Assembly (NCBI GenBank): GCA_964436465.1
Contig: CAYTCV010000006.1
Span: 523-64,522, forward strand
DNA length: 64,000 nt
Reading direction: 5' to 3'
From: an uncultured bacterium
GTDB lineage: Bacteria > RBG-13-66-14
In this document: positions 26,611-35,866 of the stretch, piece after piece
Layout: every line of letters begins with the position of its first letter
Numbering within the stretch: the stretch's first letter is position 1
Notes under the pieces: model-generated
What the model was told of the DNA's origin: nothing
What the model saw: the letters and a program-made list of their open reading frames with translations, nothing else
Databases searched by the model: none
Program-made: the position numbers and the translations under genes

Positions 26611-27930
26611 TTGCAAGGCATTTTCTCCGACATCCTCGGGTTCGTAATCTCCTTCGGGCTGGTGGTGGCCGTCCACGAGTTGGGGCACCTCGTCGCCGCC
26701 AAAATTCTCGGCATCGGCGTCCAGCGCTTCTCCATCGGCATCGGCAAGCGCCTGTTCGGCATCCGGCGCGGCGAGACCGATTACTGCCTCTCCCTGGTAC
26801 CCATAGGCGGTTACGTCCGCCTGGCGGGGGACACCGCCGAGAATCCCCTGTCCGCCGAGCCTTCCCACATCAACTCCAACCCGGCCTGGAAGAGGATTAT
26901 CGTCTACCTCTCGGGCCCGCTGGCCAACATCGTCCTGGCGCTCCTGATAAACTTCGCCGTCAACCTGGGCGGTTACGACGAACTCCACCTCGAGCCGGTT
27001 ATCGGGAAGGTCATCGAAGAGCTGCCCAAAGGCAAGCCCAGCCCCGCCTCGCGGGCCGGCCTCCTACCCGGAGACCTCGTCGTCTCCGTAGACGGTGAGC
27101 CCATTTCCGACTGGAGCGAGCTCAGCCGCCGCATCACACTACACACGGGAGACGAGCTGACCCTCGACGTCGAGCGGGACGGCACGAAGCGGGAGTTCAC
27201 CCTCACCCCGTGGGTGAATCCCGAGACCGGCTTCGCCCAGGTCGGGGTCCAGGTCCACCTCAAGCCGGTGGTCAGCGCCCTCTATCCCCCGGGGGAGGAC
27301 CTGGGCTTTCGCGTCGGGGACAGGATTACCTCGCTGGCGGGCACCCCGGTGGCGAGCGCCGACGATTACGCGACACGGCTGGACGAGCTCAAGAAGATGG
27401 ACAGCCCGCCCGCCGAGGTCACCGTCGCCTTCCAGCGCGGCGGGAAAAGCTTCGCCCTGGATGTCCCCCTCGACCATCTCGACGAACAGGCGTTCACCCT
27501 GGGCGGCGAGGTGCGACACATGGCCCCGGGTCTTTTCGGCGCCCTGGGCCAATCGGCGGACGAGACCTTCTCCTCGGCCCTCGAGTTCTACACCGTCCTC
27601 TATCTCCTCCTGGCCCAGCGCATCCCCGCCTCGGAAGCCATCGGAGGACCCATCGCCATCGCCTCCGTCTCGGGGAAGATGGCCGAGGCGGGCCTCAGCG
27701 TGTTTCTGCGCTTCGTCGCCCTTCTGTCTATCATGCTGGGCATCATGAACACCCTGCCGGTTCCCATGCTGGACGGGGGCATGATTACCCTCCTGGTCGT
27801 GGAGGCGGTCCGCGGCCGGGCCTTGTCGTTGAAAGTGCGCCAGCGAATCCAGTACGTGGGCATCGTTCTGCTGGGCTTCCTTTTAATCTTCGCGCTCTAC
27901 TCCGACCTGAAGCGCGTCTTCTTCGGATGA
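26611..27930 (+). CDS. rseP: RIP metalloprotease RseP (site-2 protease)
   Basis: HELGH zinc motif, PDZ-like central region, C-terminal LDGG. Confidence 0.9.
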   Translation: MQGIFSDILGFVISFGLVVAVHELGHLVAAKILGIGVQRFSIGIGKRLFGIRRGETDYCLSLVPIGGYVRLAGDTAENPLSAEPSHINSNPAWKRIIVYLSGPLANIVLALLINFAVNLGGYDELHLEPVIGKVIEELPKGKPSPASRAGLLPGDLVVSVDGEPISDWSELSRRITLHTGDELTLDVERDGTKREFTLTPWVNPETGFAQVGVQVHLKPVVSALYPPGEDLGFRVGDRITSLAGTPVASADDYATRLDELKKMDSPPAEVTVAFQRGGKSFALDVPLDHLDEQAFTLGGEVRHMAPGLFGALGQSADETFSSALEFYTVLYLLLAQRIPASEAIGGPIAIASVSGKMAEAGLSVFLRFVALLSIMLGIMNTLPVPMLDGGMITLLVVEAVRGRALSLKVRQRIQYVGIVLLGFLLIFALYSDLKRVFFG

Positions 27931-27937
27931 CGAAGCC

Positions 27938-27966
27938 TTGACAATGCGCCCCTCCGCTCATAAGCT
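27938..27966 (+). promoter_or_regulatory. Candidate sigma70 promoter (TTGACA-17-TAAGCT)
   Basis: TTGACA at 27938-27943, 17-bp spacer, TAAGCT at 27961-27966, about 28 nt upstream of TTG 27994. Confidence 0.3.
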
Positions 27967-27993
27967 ATTCACGCACCCGCCCGCGGAGTTTTC

Positions 27994-28677
27994 TTGAAGA
28001 ACCGGCCGGTGTCCTTCTACCTCTTCCTCTTCACCGTGCTGCTCCTCGCGGGGCCGCAACTGGTTGGCGGAGCCTCGGACGAGGCGCCCATCGTCGGCTG
28101 CACATTCCCCAACTTCGGCTGCGACGACCCCACCGGCCCCTCGGATACCGAAACCTCCACCTGCGTCCTGGCCTACGCCAGGCTGAACGAGCAGGACCTC
28201 AACCCGTCCGACCCGGTCCTGACGGTGGCCCCCGGTGAAGTCATCACCGGCACGGTCACCCTGGAAACCAACAACGCCGGTTCCTCCTCCAGCACGGCCC
28301 CCCTGGCCGCCACTCCCAGCTTCGGCGACCACAAAACGAGTTATTGGGAAATCACCATCAACATCCCCTCCGGAACGGAAACCTTCGACGCGGGCCTTAG
28401 CCTGACCGCCCCGGAGGATGAGGGGACCTACTTCATCTTCTTCGCCTGGTACTGGGAGAAAACCTCCGGGAACGTCATGTCCCTCACCGACTGGCAGTAC
28501 CCGGGGGGCGACGTGTGGAACGACGGCGTGGACATCGCCGACTGGGACAACTACCAGGCGCAGCAGGGAATAGACAACGGCTGGGTGGAGACGAATTACC
28601 TGGACGAGTACGGCGAATACCAGGAGAACGTGGTCTTCCCGGCCACCGCCATCCGCCTGGTGGTCGAGGCGCGGTAG
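27994..28677 (+). CDS. Secreted hypothetical protein (TTG start)
   Basis: Signal peptide VSFYLFLFTVLLLAGPQLVGGA, Thr/Ser-rich, no family recognised. Confidence 0.55.
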   Translation: MKNRPVSFYLFLFTVLLLAGPQLVGGASDEAPIVGCTFPNFGCDDPTGPSDTETSTCVLAYARLNEQDLNPSDPVLTVAPGEVITGTVTLETNNAGSSSSTAPLAATPSFGDHKTSYWEITINIPSGTETFDAGLSLTAPEDEGTYFIFFAWYWEKTSGNVMSLTDWQYPGGDVWNDGVDIADWDNYQAQQGIDNGWVETNYLDEYGEYQENVVFPATAIRLVVEAR

Positions 28678-28734
28678 ATTGCCCCTCGGAGCGAGGGCGA
28701 AACCGACGGCTTGAACCTGATACGTATATAAAAG

Positions 28735-28765
28735 GGTCGCCCGTTGAGGGCGGCCCTGCATCATT
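28735..28765 (-). terminator. Hairpin terminator
   Basis: AGGGTCGCCCGTTGAGGGCGGCCCT, followed on the minus strand by TTTTATATACG, downstream of minus-strand gene 28780-29307. Confidence 0.4.
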
Positions 28766-28779
28766 CGGCAACTGCGCGG

Positions 28780-29307
28780 TCAGCGCTTTTCCGCCCCGCC
28801 CGGCGCGGTCCCTAAAAGCATTATCAGCAGTCGTTCAAGGGTGCCCCGGTCGACCTCGGTGATGTGGTCCTCCAACCAATTCCCGTCGATGCACTGGATA
28901 AAGACGATGCAGCGGCCATCGAAGAGCGCCCCGGCCAGACGCCGAATACCGCATTTTTCGTCCTCGGTCAGCCGGTGGAGGTATCCCAGAAAGTTACCGA
29001 TGGCGGAATCCGTCGCCCGGGTGAAACCTAAATTGAGATACCCCCGGGTTGGATATCCGACGACGACGCGCTCGAAGGCGGAACCGGCCCGTCCGATGGC
29101 CCGGGTGTACCCGTCCACGAGCTCGGCGTGCCCCCCGAACTCGGCGCAGAAATCCGCCAGGAGCGGATGCACCGCCCGGCGGAACGCCTCATCGTCCGGT
29201 TTATCCGGCAGAATCTCGTCGAGCTTGCGCTGTATAACCTCGACCCATCGAGTTATTACGCCGTCCTGTTCCACGTCAGCCCTCCGGACTCCACGGCGTT
29301 TGTGCAT
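28780..29307 (-). CDS. Hypothetical protein (176 aa from internal ATG)
   Basis: The ORF-table N-terminus (Ser/Arg-rich, overlapping the nitroreductase) is rejected. MHKRRGVRRADVEQDGVITRW...LNLGFTRATDSAIGNFLGYLHRLTEDEKCGIRRLAGALFDGRCIVFIQ has no clear family. Confidence 0.4.
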   Translation of the reverse strand: MHKRRGVRRADVEQDGVITRWVEVIQRKLDEILPDKPDDEAFRRAVHPLLADFCAEFGGHAELVDGYTRAIGRAGSAFERVVVGYPTRGYLNLGFTRATDSAIGNFLGYLHRLTEDEKCGIRRLAGALFDGRCIVFIQCIDGNWLEDHITEVDRGTLERLLIMLLGTAPGGAEKR

Positions 29308-29848
29308 CGCCGCGGAAGGCCGCCTTTCCGAGCTCCACCCGGCTGCGCTTCGCGGGCTCCCAATCCGCCGCGGGCCAGCCGAGGGCGATGAGCGCCAGCA
29401 GCTTCCAGTTCCCCGGCGCCCGGATGAGCTTCCGCAGCGGCCTTTCCCTGAACCAGCCGAGCCAGCAGCTACCAAGCCCGAGCTCCGTGGCCCGGAGGAC
29501 GAGGTGCTCCCCGGCCATGCCGCAGTCCAGCAGGTGATAGGGGATGTCCTTGACGCCCTCGCCGAGGCGCGCGACGCCGAGCTTGCGTACCGCCGCCAGG
29601 ACGACGAGGACCGGGGCATCCAAGGCCCAGCGGTTCGGCACCAGGCCGCCCAGGGCCTCGTCGCAAATCAGCTTTCGCCTCCGGGGCTCCGTGACGACGA
29701 CGAAGCGCCAGGGCTGGGCGTTGCAGGCGCTGGGAGCCAGTTGCGCCGCCCGCAGGCACGCGGTCAAGTGCTCCTCCGGCACCGGACGGTCCGGGTCGAA
29801 GTCGCGGCATGAATGGCGGCGGCTGACGACCTCGTCGAACTCCATCAT
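29276..29848 (-). CDS. Nitroreductase-family flavoprotein
   Basis: RRHSCRDFDPDRPVPEEHLTACLRAAQLAPSACNAQPWRFVVV is the nitroreductase N-terminal signature. Confidence 0.7.
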   Translation of the reverse strand: MMEFDEVVSRRHSCRDFDPDRPVPEEHLTACLRAAQLAPSACNAQPWRFVVVTEPRRRKLICDEALGGLVPNRWALDAPVLVVLAAVRKLGVARLGEGVKDIPYHLLDCGMAGEHLVLRATELGLGSCWLGWFRERPLRKLIRAPGNWKLLALIALGWPAADWEPAKRSRVELGKAAFRGDAQTPWSPEG

Positions 29849-30577
29849 TCACATACTCCACACGGTCAACAGGGTGAACAGGAAGAGGCCGAAGTAGATT
29901 ATCGCGCCGAAGAGCGCCACCCGCGGATGCTTGCGGGCCAGGGTCAGGGCGTCGTAGAGCGGGTTGAACGCCGCGCCGAAGCGGTATACCTCGAAGGCCG
30001 CCTTCTTGAGCCCCGCGTAAACCACCTTGCCCCGCTCCATGTCCCCGGCCTCCAGAGCGGCCTTCATCTCGGCCAGGGTCTCCTTGAGCTTGCCCTTCAC
30101 CGTTTCGGTCTTCTTGGCCGGCCGGGCGTCGCGCTTCTGGGCCTCGTCCAGGTGCCGCCGCAATTCTTCGAGATATTCCCCCTTCACCCGCGGCGTTAAA
30201 AGCTCGTCCATCAGTACGCGGGCCTGCACGTCCTCCAGGAGGTCCGCCACGGTCAGGCGCGTCAGCGGGACCTTGTACTCCCGCCGGCAGGAATCGATGA
30301 GCTCCTCGACCACCTCGTAGCTCAGCGGCGCCCCGGCGATGAGCATCTCCGCCACCAGCTTGGCCGCGTGGCCGCCGGCCTTCTCCTCGGCCATCTCGTT
30401 GCGCATCTTCACCAGCCGCCCGAGGATGAACCAGGTCACCAGGACGAAGACCAGGATGACGCCCACGGTGACGATGAGGCGGACGAAGGGGTCCATGCCC
30501 GCCGCCTGCGCCCCGGGGGCCGGCAGGGCGGAGGAAGCGCCCGCCGCGCAGATTATCGCCAGAAAGAGCTTGCGCAC
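29849..30577 (-). CDS. Membrane protein, hypothetical (signal peptide plus TM helices, coiled-coil middle)
   Basis: MRKLFLAIICAAGASSALPA, then a TM helix, a charged helical region and a C-terminal TM helix. Confidence 0.5.
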   Translation of the reverse strand: MRKLFLAIICAAGASSALPAPGAQAAGMDPFVRLIVTVGVILVFVLVTWFILGRLVKMRNEMAEEKAGGHAAKLVAEMLIAGAPLSYEVVEELIDSCRREYKVPLTRLTVADLLEDVQARVLMDELLTPRVKGEYLEELRRHLDEAQKRDARPAKKTETVKGKLKETLAEMKAALEAGDMERGKVVYAGLKKAAFEVYRFGAAFNPLYDALTLARKHPRVALFGAIIYFGLFLFTLLTVWSM

Positions 30578-30610
30578 CTTTGACCTCCCGTGAGGGGGTG
30601 GGGCTTCCGT

Positions 30611-31714
30611 TCAGAGCCGTCGTCTCCGCCCCGCGTGCCGTCCGGCGGTCCGGGCCGTCGGTTCCGCCACGCGGGGGGAGTCGTCCATGCCGTCTTCGTA
30701 AATGTGCCGGACGATGCTCTCGATTTTCGGCTCGCTGATGGTCAGGTCGAGGACGGTCAGGCGGGCCAGGCAGGCGGCGATGACCTCCTTGGCCGTCGTC
30801 TCCTTCGGGTCGAAGCCCACCGACAGTCCGTTGTGCTCCCCCAGCCGCACCTCGAGGGCCTCGCGGGGGATGACGAGGGCGTCGGCCAATTCCGCGGCAT
30901 CCAACGACGCCGGGCCGTCCGTATCCAGGTACACGACCCGTCGGCGGCCGAAGGTTTTCTTGAACTCCGCCAGCGGCCCGTCGTAGATGATTCTTCCCCG
31001 GTCGATGATGATGATGCGCTTCGCCAGCCGCTCGATGTCCGCCAGGTCGTGGGTGGTGAGCATGACGGTCGTTTTGCGCTCGGTGGCCACGTGGGACAGG
31101 AACTCCCGGATGCGCTGCTTCACCGATACATCGAGACCGATGGTGGGCTCGTCCAGGTACACGACCCGGGGATTGTGCAACAGGGTCCCGGCCAGCTCGC
31201 ACCGCACCCGCTGGCCCAGGGAGAGCTTGCGCACCGGCAGGCGCAGCAGGTTCCCCAGCTCCAGCACCTCGACGAAGAAGTCCAGGTTCTTCCTGAACTC
31301 GTCGCGGGGGACCTCGTAGATTTTCTCCAGCAGCCGGTAGCTCTCCTGGACGGCGATGTCCCACCAGAGCTGGGAGCGCTGGCCGAACATGACGCCGATT
31401 TCCCGGGCGTTGGCCACGCGCTGGCGGTGGGGGTCCCGCCCGAGGACGCGGCAGGTTCCTTCCGTGGGGCGGATGATGCCGCAGAGCATCTTGATGGTGG
31501 TGGACTTGCCCGCGCCGTTGGGGCCGATGTATCCCAGGAGCTCTCCGGGCTGGACGGTGAATTCCACCCCGTCCACGGCCCGGACCTCTTCGTACTCGCG
31601 CTTGAAGAGGTTGACGATGGCGCCGCCTATTCCGGCCCGGCGCCGGAACACGCGGAAGACCTTGGTCAGCCCGCGGGCTTCGATGACCGGACCGTCGGTC
31701 GGCTGTTCGGGCAT
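30611..31714 (-). CDS. ABC transporter ATP-binding protein with ~120-aa C-terminal extension
   Basis: Walker A GPNGAGKST, signature LSLGQRVR, Walker B VVYLDEPTIGLD. The internal ATG at 31714 is used, preceded by 16 extra codons in the table ORF. Confidence 0.85.
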   Translation of the reverse strand: MPEQPTDGPVIEARGLTKVFRVFRRRAGIGGAIVNLFKREYEEVRAVDGVEFTVQPGELLGYIGPNGAGKSTTIKMLCGIIRPTEGTCRVLGRDPHRQRVANAREIGVMFGQRSQLWWDIAVQESYRLLEKIYEVPRDEFRKNLDFFVEVLELGNLLRLPVRKLSLGQRVRCELAGTLLHNPRVVYLDEPTIGLDVSVKQRIREFLSHVATERKTTVMLTTHDLADIERLAKRIIIIDRGRIIYDGPLAEFKKTFGRRRVVYLDTDGPASLDAAELADALVIPREALEVRLGEHNGLSVGFDPKETTAKEVIAACLARLTVLDLTISEPKIESIVRHIYEDGMDDSPRVAEPTARTAGRHAGRRRRL

Positions 31715-31842
31715 AGGGAAAAACCTCGCCGCTCCCTCGATTGATGGTCCATTGTACCGCAAAGGGGCGGGCTAATCCAACACGACGAACGGGAGGGTCG
31801 GGTGACCCTCCCGCATCACATCAACAATCCGCCGCGGATACC

Positions 31843-33378
31843 CTACTTAATCGGAATCGGGAACGGATACGCCGGGGCGGGGCGGTGGGGCATGACGCAG
31901 GCCGGCGCCGAGGCCGTCCCGCCCTGGAACGGCTCCAGGAGGTAATCGGCGAAGGTGAAGGGCGTCAGCGACTTGGGGTCGGAGTATTTCTGCGCCAGGT
32001 CGCAGGCGAAATCCCCGGCCACGCCGACGTCGAAGGCGACCAGCATCAGCTCCTCCACCCTGGGCAGCCCCCAGGCGAAGAGGTCGCCCTCCAGGGTCAC
32101 GCTTTGGCCGGGCGCCAGTTGAGCGGGCAGTTTGACCCCCGTTTTCGTTACTATGGGTTTACCCTCGCCGCGGAAGACCCAGCAGCGCAGGCCCTTGGCG
32201 GTGTCCAGGGACCGCGGCTCCGCGGCGTGGTTGGTGATATTCACCTTGACCTGGTACGACGCGTCGAAGGGGATGGCGAAGGCCGGGTCGGGAAGCACCA
32301 GTTCCACCCCGCCCACCGGGCCGGTGCGGTAGGGGTACGGCAGCGGGTCCGGCTTGGGGTAATTCGCGAAATCGCCGAAGGCCTTCTTCTCCTCGGGGGT
32401 GTACTTCGCGTCCACGTGCCATCCGGCGCGCAGAAGCGCGGTCAGGCCGAGGTAGTCCGGTCCCTGCTCCTTGGCGATGTGCTCCTGGCCGAATTCCATC
32501 CGCCGGCGCACGTAGGGCCGGTAGAAGGCCTCGTCCATCTCCCAGCCGTTGAACTCCTTCGAGTAACCCAGCAGGACGTGGATTTTCTGTCGCTGCTCCT
32601 CGGTGTGCATGTGGGGCCACAGGAGGTACTCGCCCAGGGCGTCGGTGAAGCAGGTGAAGGGCAACAGGGCGTTCTGGCGCCGGGCCAGCGTCAGCTCGTT
32701 CTCCAGGGAATTTTTGTTCAGGGCGTAGACCACGTTCGTCGGGAAGGGGTAGTCCCGGGTGATTTCCAGGGCGTTCAGGGCCCAGGTAATCATGTCGGGC
32801 TGGTGGTGGGTGATTTCGACGTTGAAGGAATTCAGGTTGGCGTCCCAGGTGGCCGCCTGGCCCAGATGGTCCTGATACCCCTCGGCGAGACTTCTCCGGT
32901 TGAACTCGGGGATGGTTTTGCACTCCTCGGCCAGGGCGAAGAACGCCTCGTAGGCCTGCTTCTGATGGGGAAGCTGGTCGTTGTCCCTGACCCCGGTGTT
33001 GTAGGCCATGCGGTGCGGCTTGAGAACGATTTCCAGGTCGGTGATGTCCAGCGTCTTCAAGTCGACCGGCTTTAAATCCTTCTCCGCCTGCTCCATCTCG
33101 GCGATTTTGGAGTCCATGCCGGCTTCCTGGACCTCGGAAATCTTGACCATGGCCTGGCCGTACTTCTCCATGAGCCCCTCGGACTGCATCCGGTCCTGGA
33201 ACTTGATGATGTCCATCCCCGGCTCGTTGCCGATGGCCTCCATGCGGGCGATGACCTCGCGCACCGGCTCCAGCAGGCTCTTGTCGGAAATCATGGACGA
33301 CTGGGCGTCCAGGCCCATCTTCATCCCGTCCACCATCTGTTTGACCGCCGCGTCCATCAGTACCTCCCCCCGAGACAC
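31843..33378 (-). CDS. Hypothetical protein, 511 aa (helical N-terminal half, beta-rich C-terminal half)
   Basis: No recognised motif. Overlaps the upstream gene by 22 nt. Confidence 0.55.
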   Translation of the reverse strand: MSRGEVLMDAAVKQMVDGMKMGLDAQSSMISDKSLLEPVREVIARMEAIGNEPGMDIIKFQDRMQSEGLMEKYGQAMVKISEVQEAGMDSKIAEMEQAEKDLKPVDLKTLDITDLEIVLKPHRMAYNTGVRDNDQLPHQKQAYEAFFALAEECKTIPEFNRRSLAEGYQDHLGQAATWDANLNSFNVEITHHQPDMITWALNALEITRDYPFPTNVVYALNKNSLENELTLARRQNALLPFTCFTDALGEYLLWPHMHTEEQRQKIHVLLGYSKEFNGWEMDEAFYRPYVRRRMEFGQEHIAKEQGPDYLGLTALLRAGWHVDAKYTPEEKKAFGDFANYPKPDPLPYPYRTGPVGGVELVLPDPAFAIPFDASYQVKVNITNHAAEPRSLDTAKGLRCWVFRGEGKPIVTKTGVKLPAQLAPGQSVTLEGDLFAWGLPRVEELMLVAFDVGVAGDFACDLAQKYSDPKSLTPFTFADYLLEPFQGGTASAPACVMPHRPAPAYPFPIPIK

Positions 33379-34007
33379 TCGGCGTTGACCCGCTCGAATA
33401 TCTCCACCAGCCGCTTTATCTGCGCGTCGTCGAAGGTGAAGCGTTCGCGAATCCAGGGGAGCTGCATCAGGTCGGGGAAGCGTTTTCCGGGGTTGCGCTC
33501 GGCGAGCTCCTTCAGCCCGGCCTCCAGCTTGGTCTGGACGCTCTCGGAGAGCTCGGAGCCCGGCTTGGCGGCGCTGATATAGAACACGTTCTCCACGCTT
33601 TCGTCCATCAGGGTTTTCGTGCGGCTGACTTTTTCCAACAGCTTCGACTCGTCCGCGGCGAACTTGGTGGCGATGGAGTCGATTTCGTTGAAATCCGCGG
33701 CTTTGGAGATGGCCTCGGCCTTGGCGTTCCCGCTTCCGGCCAGCTCTACCAGCTTCAGCTCGGCGTAGATTTCCGCCTGGAAGCGGGCGCCGTCCACCGC
33801 CATGGCCCGGCCGAGCCGGAAGGAAAATCCGCCCTCCATGAACTGCCGGTTCATCTCGAGGAGGTCCGGCGTTTTCTTGACCATCTCCAGGGTTTCGGCG
33901 TCCGCCTTCACTGCCTCTCTTGCGTGGGGGTCCTTCTTGCGGGCCTCCAGCGTCAGGCGGTAATACTCGATGGTGTCGGCGTGCGCCTGAGCGTCGAAAC
34001 CGGCCAT
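33357..34007 (-). CDS. Hypothetical helical protein, 216 aa
   Basis: Ala/Glu/Lys-rich predicted alpha-helical cytoplasmic protein, downstream of the XpaC-like pair. Confidence 0.5.
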   Translation of the reverse strand: MAGFDAQAHADTIEYYRLTLEARKKDPHAREAVKADAETLEMVKKTPDLLEMNRQFMEGGFSFRLGRAMAVDGARFQAEIYAELKLVELAGSGNAKAEAISKAADFNEIDSIATKFAADESKLLEKVSRTKTLMDESVENVFYISAAKPGSELSESVQTKLEAGLKELAERNPGKRFPDLMQLPWIRERFTFDDAQIKRLVEIFERVNAECLGGRY

Positions 34008-34008
34008 A

Positions 34009-34254
34009 TCAACGGCCCTCGCTGATGGCGGTGTTCATCTCGGCCAGGGCGGCGGCATACTCGTTGTTCAGGTTCGTCTGCTGCATCTGGGTGTTGAAAG
34101 CCGCCATCGTGGCGCCGTGCTCCTGGGCCACGGCGTTGACCTTCGCCATCACGGCGCGGGCCTTTTCGAGGGGAGCCTTGTCCTTCAGGCGGTTGCCCTG
34201 GGCCTCGATGCTCATCTGCCAGGCGTCCACCATCGCTTTTACCTGCGGGTCCAT
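34009..34254 (-). CDS. Small hypothetical protein, 81 aa
   Basis: MDPQVKAMVDAWQMSIEAQGN...; tightly packed, with a 2-nt gap to the downstream gene. Confidence 0.4.
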   Translation of the reverse strand: MDPQVKAMVDAWQMSIEAQGNRLKDKAPLEKARAVMAKVNAVAQEHGATMAAFNTQMQQTNLNNEYAAALAEMNTAISEGR

Positions 34255-34279
34255 GAGTCTCCTTTCGAATTATCCGATA

Positions 34280-35041
34280 CTAAAGCTCTTCCCGGTCGAA
34301 CTCCTCCTGGGTCGCGGTCAGGCACTTGCTCCAGTCGCGCAGGTCGTCCACCAGGGAGGTGATGGGGGAGAAATCCACCTGTGTTCCGGACCCCGCGGTT
34401 CCGAACTCCTGCGCCACCTCGCTCTCCAGCTCGAAGGCCTCCAGGCGGTTCGAGGCCTCGGCCAGACGCCCCACCAGCCCGGCGAAGTCGTTGGTGCGTT
34501 CGACCAGGTTGGTTATAAGACGCCAGGCCTTTTCCACCAGGGGCTTCGAGTCGATGTCCCGGGCCCGCTCGTAGAACTGGTACACCTTGTCCTGGCGCAG
34601 CCACTCGCCGGCCAGGGCCAGGGCGCCGGAGTAAACTTCCTCCACCAGTGGCTTGAGCTCCGCCGGCTTCGTGTCTATTTCCTTGAAGCGCCGGACGACC
34701 GTTTCGTAGCCCGTGGCGATGGCTTTGAACCGAGGACCCTCGGCATTTCTGCCGATTCTTTCGTTGAAGGCCTTCCACCGCTGTTGGACTTCCCCATAGA
34801 GCATATCCACCGCCAGGATGCGGTCCGACGTAACCTTCGCGAAAACGATGAGCACGGCGATTATCGCGGCGCCGACCGTCCCCACGGCGACCCACAAGCT
34901 TTCCAGAAAGATGAAACCCATGTAACCGATGAAGAGAGCCATGGGGAGGAGGGACAGCGGTGCGGTCAGCTTTTTGCGCTTCTCCTCGTCCCGGTACAGC
35001 CGATGCCGGATGACCTTGCGCAGTCGGGCGGTGTTACTCAA
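34280..35041 (-). CDS. XpaC-like membrane protein, paralog B
   Basis: About 30 aa N-terminal region, two TM helices (LSLLPMALFIGYMGFIFLESLWVAVGTVGAAIIAVLIVFA), then a helical domain with LAGEWLRQDKVYQFYERARDIDSKPL. About 45% identical to the upstream paralog. Confidence 0.6.
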   Translation of the reverse strand: MSNTARLRKVIRHRLYRDEEKRKKLTAPLSLLPMALFIGYMGFIFLESLWVAVGTVGAAIIAVLIVFAKVTSDRILAVDMLYGEVQQRWKAFNERIGRNAEGPRFKAIATGYETVVRRFKEIDTKPAELKPLVEEVYSGALALAGEWLRQDKVYQFYERARDIDSKPLVEKAWRLITNLVERTNDFAGLVGRLAEASNRLEAFELESEVAQEFGTAGSGTQVDFSPITSLVDDLRDWSKCLTATQEEFDREEL

Positions 35042-35087
35042 GGCCTTGCTCTCCTGTGTGTTGCCTGCCGTCCGAGCGTGGAATCTG

Positions 35088-35852
35088 CTACAGGGCCTCG
35101 CGGTCCAGCTCCTCCTGAGCCCGGTTCAGGCAGGTGCCCCATTCGCGCAGGTCCCCGACCAGGGCGTCCAGTTGCGCGAAATCGGGCGCGGGAGTCTCTC
35201 CGGAATCACCGAGCTCCCCGGGCATCTCGCTGCTGAGCTCGAAGACCTGCACGCGGTTCACGGTGTCGTCGAGGCGTTCCAGCAGCCCGGCGAAACCGTT
35301 CGTGCGGTCGATGAGGTCGTCTATGAGCCGTCGGGCCTTGTCCTTCAGGGGCTGGGAGTTTATGTCACGGGCCCGCTCGTAGAACTTATACACCTTGTCC
35401 TGGCGCAGCCATTCACCGGCCAGCCGGACGCCGCAGTCGTAAACCTCGTCCACCGCCGACAGGAGCCCGGCGGGCCCCCCGCCGACCTCCTTCAGCCGGC
35501 CCGCCACCTTGGCGATGCCGTCGGAGATGTCCTTCAGACGCACGCCTTCGGGTTTCGTGCCCACCCTCTTATTGAACTCCTCCCAGCGCTCGCGGGCCTC
35601 GTCGTAGAGGTAGCCCGCGACGAGGGACCGGTCCCCGTAAATGAGCCTGTGGTTTATCAACAGGGCGATGACCCAGGCGGCGGCCACTCCCACGGCGGGC
35701 CAGACGGTCTCCAAAAAGAGGGCGGTCATATACCCGACGACGATGACCACGGGTATAATGCTTAATATGCCGATTGACCGCTTGCGCCTTTCCGGGTCCT
35801 GCGCTAAGCGGCGCCTCACTACACGGCGCAGGTTGGCGGTCAGTACGGCCAA
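35088..35852 (-). CDS. XpaC-like membrane protein, paralog A
   Basis: Same architecture; LAGEWLRQDKVYKFYERARDINSQPL is conserved. Confidence 0.6.
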   Translation of the reverse strand: MAVLTANLRRVVRRRLAQDPERRKRSIGILSIIPVVIVVGYMTALFLETVWPAVGVAAAWVIALLINHRLIYGDRSLVAGYLYDEARERWEEFNKRVGTKPEGVRLKDISDGIAKVAGRLKEVGGGPAGLLSAVDEVYDCGVRLAGEWLRQDKVYKFYERARDINSQPLKDKARRLIDDLIDRTNGFAGLLERLDDTVNRVQVFELSSEMPGELGDSGETPAPDFAQLDALVGDLREWGTCLNRAQEELDREAL

Positions 35853-35866
35853 GCGACTCCGTCCTC

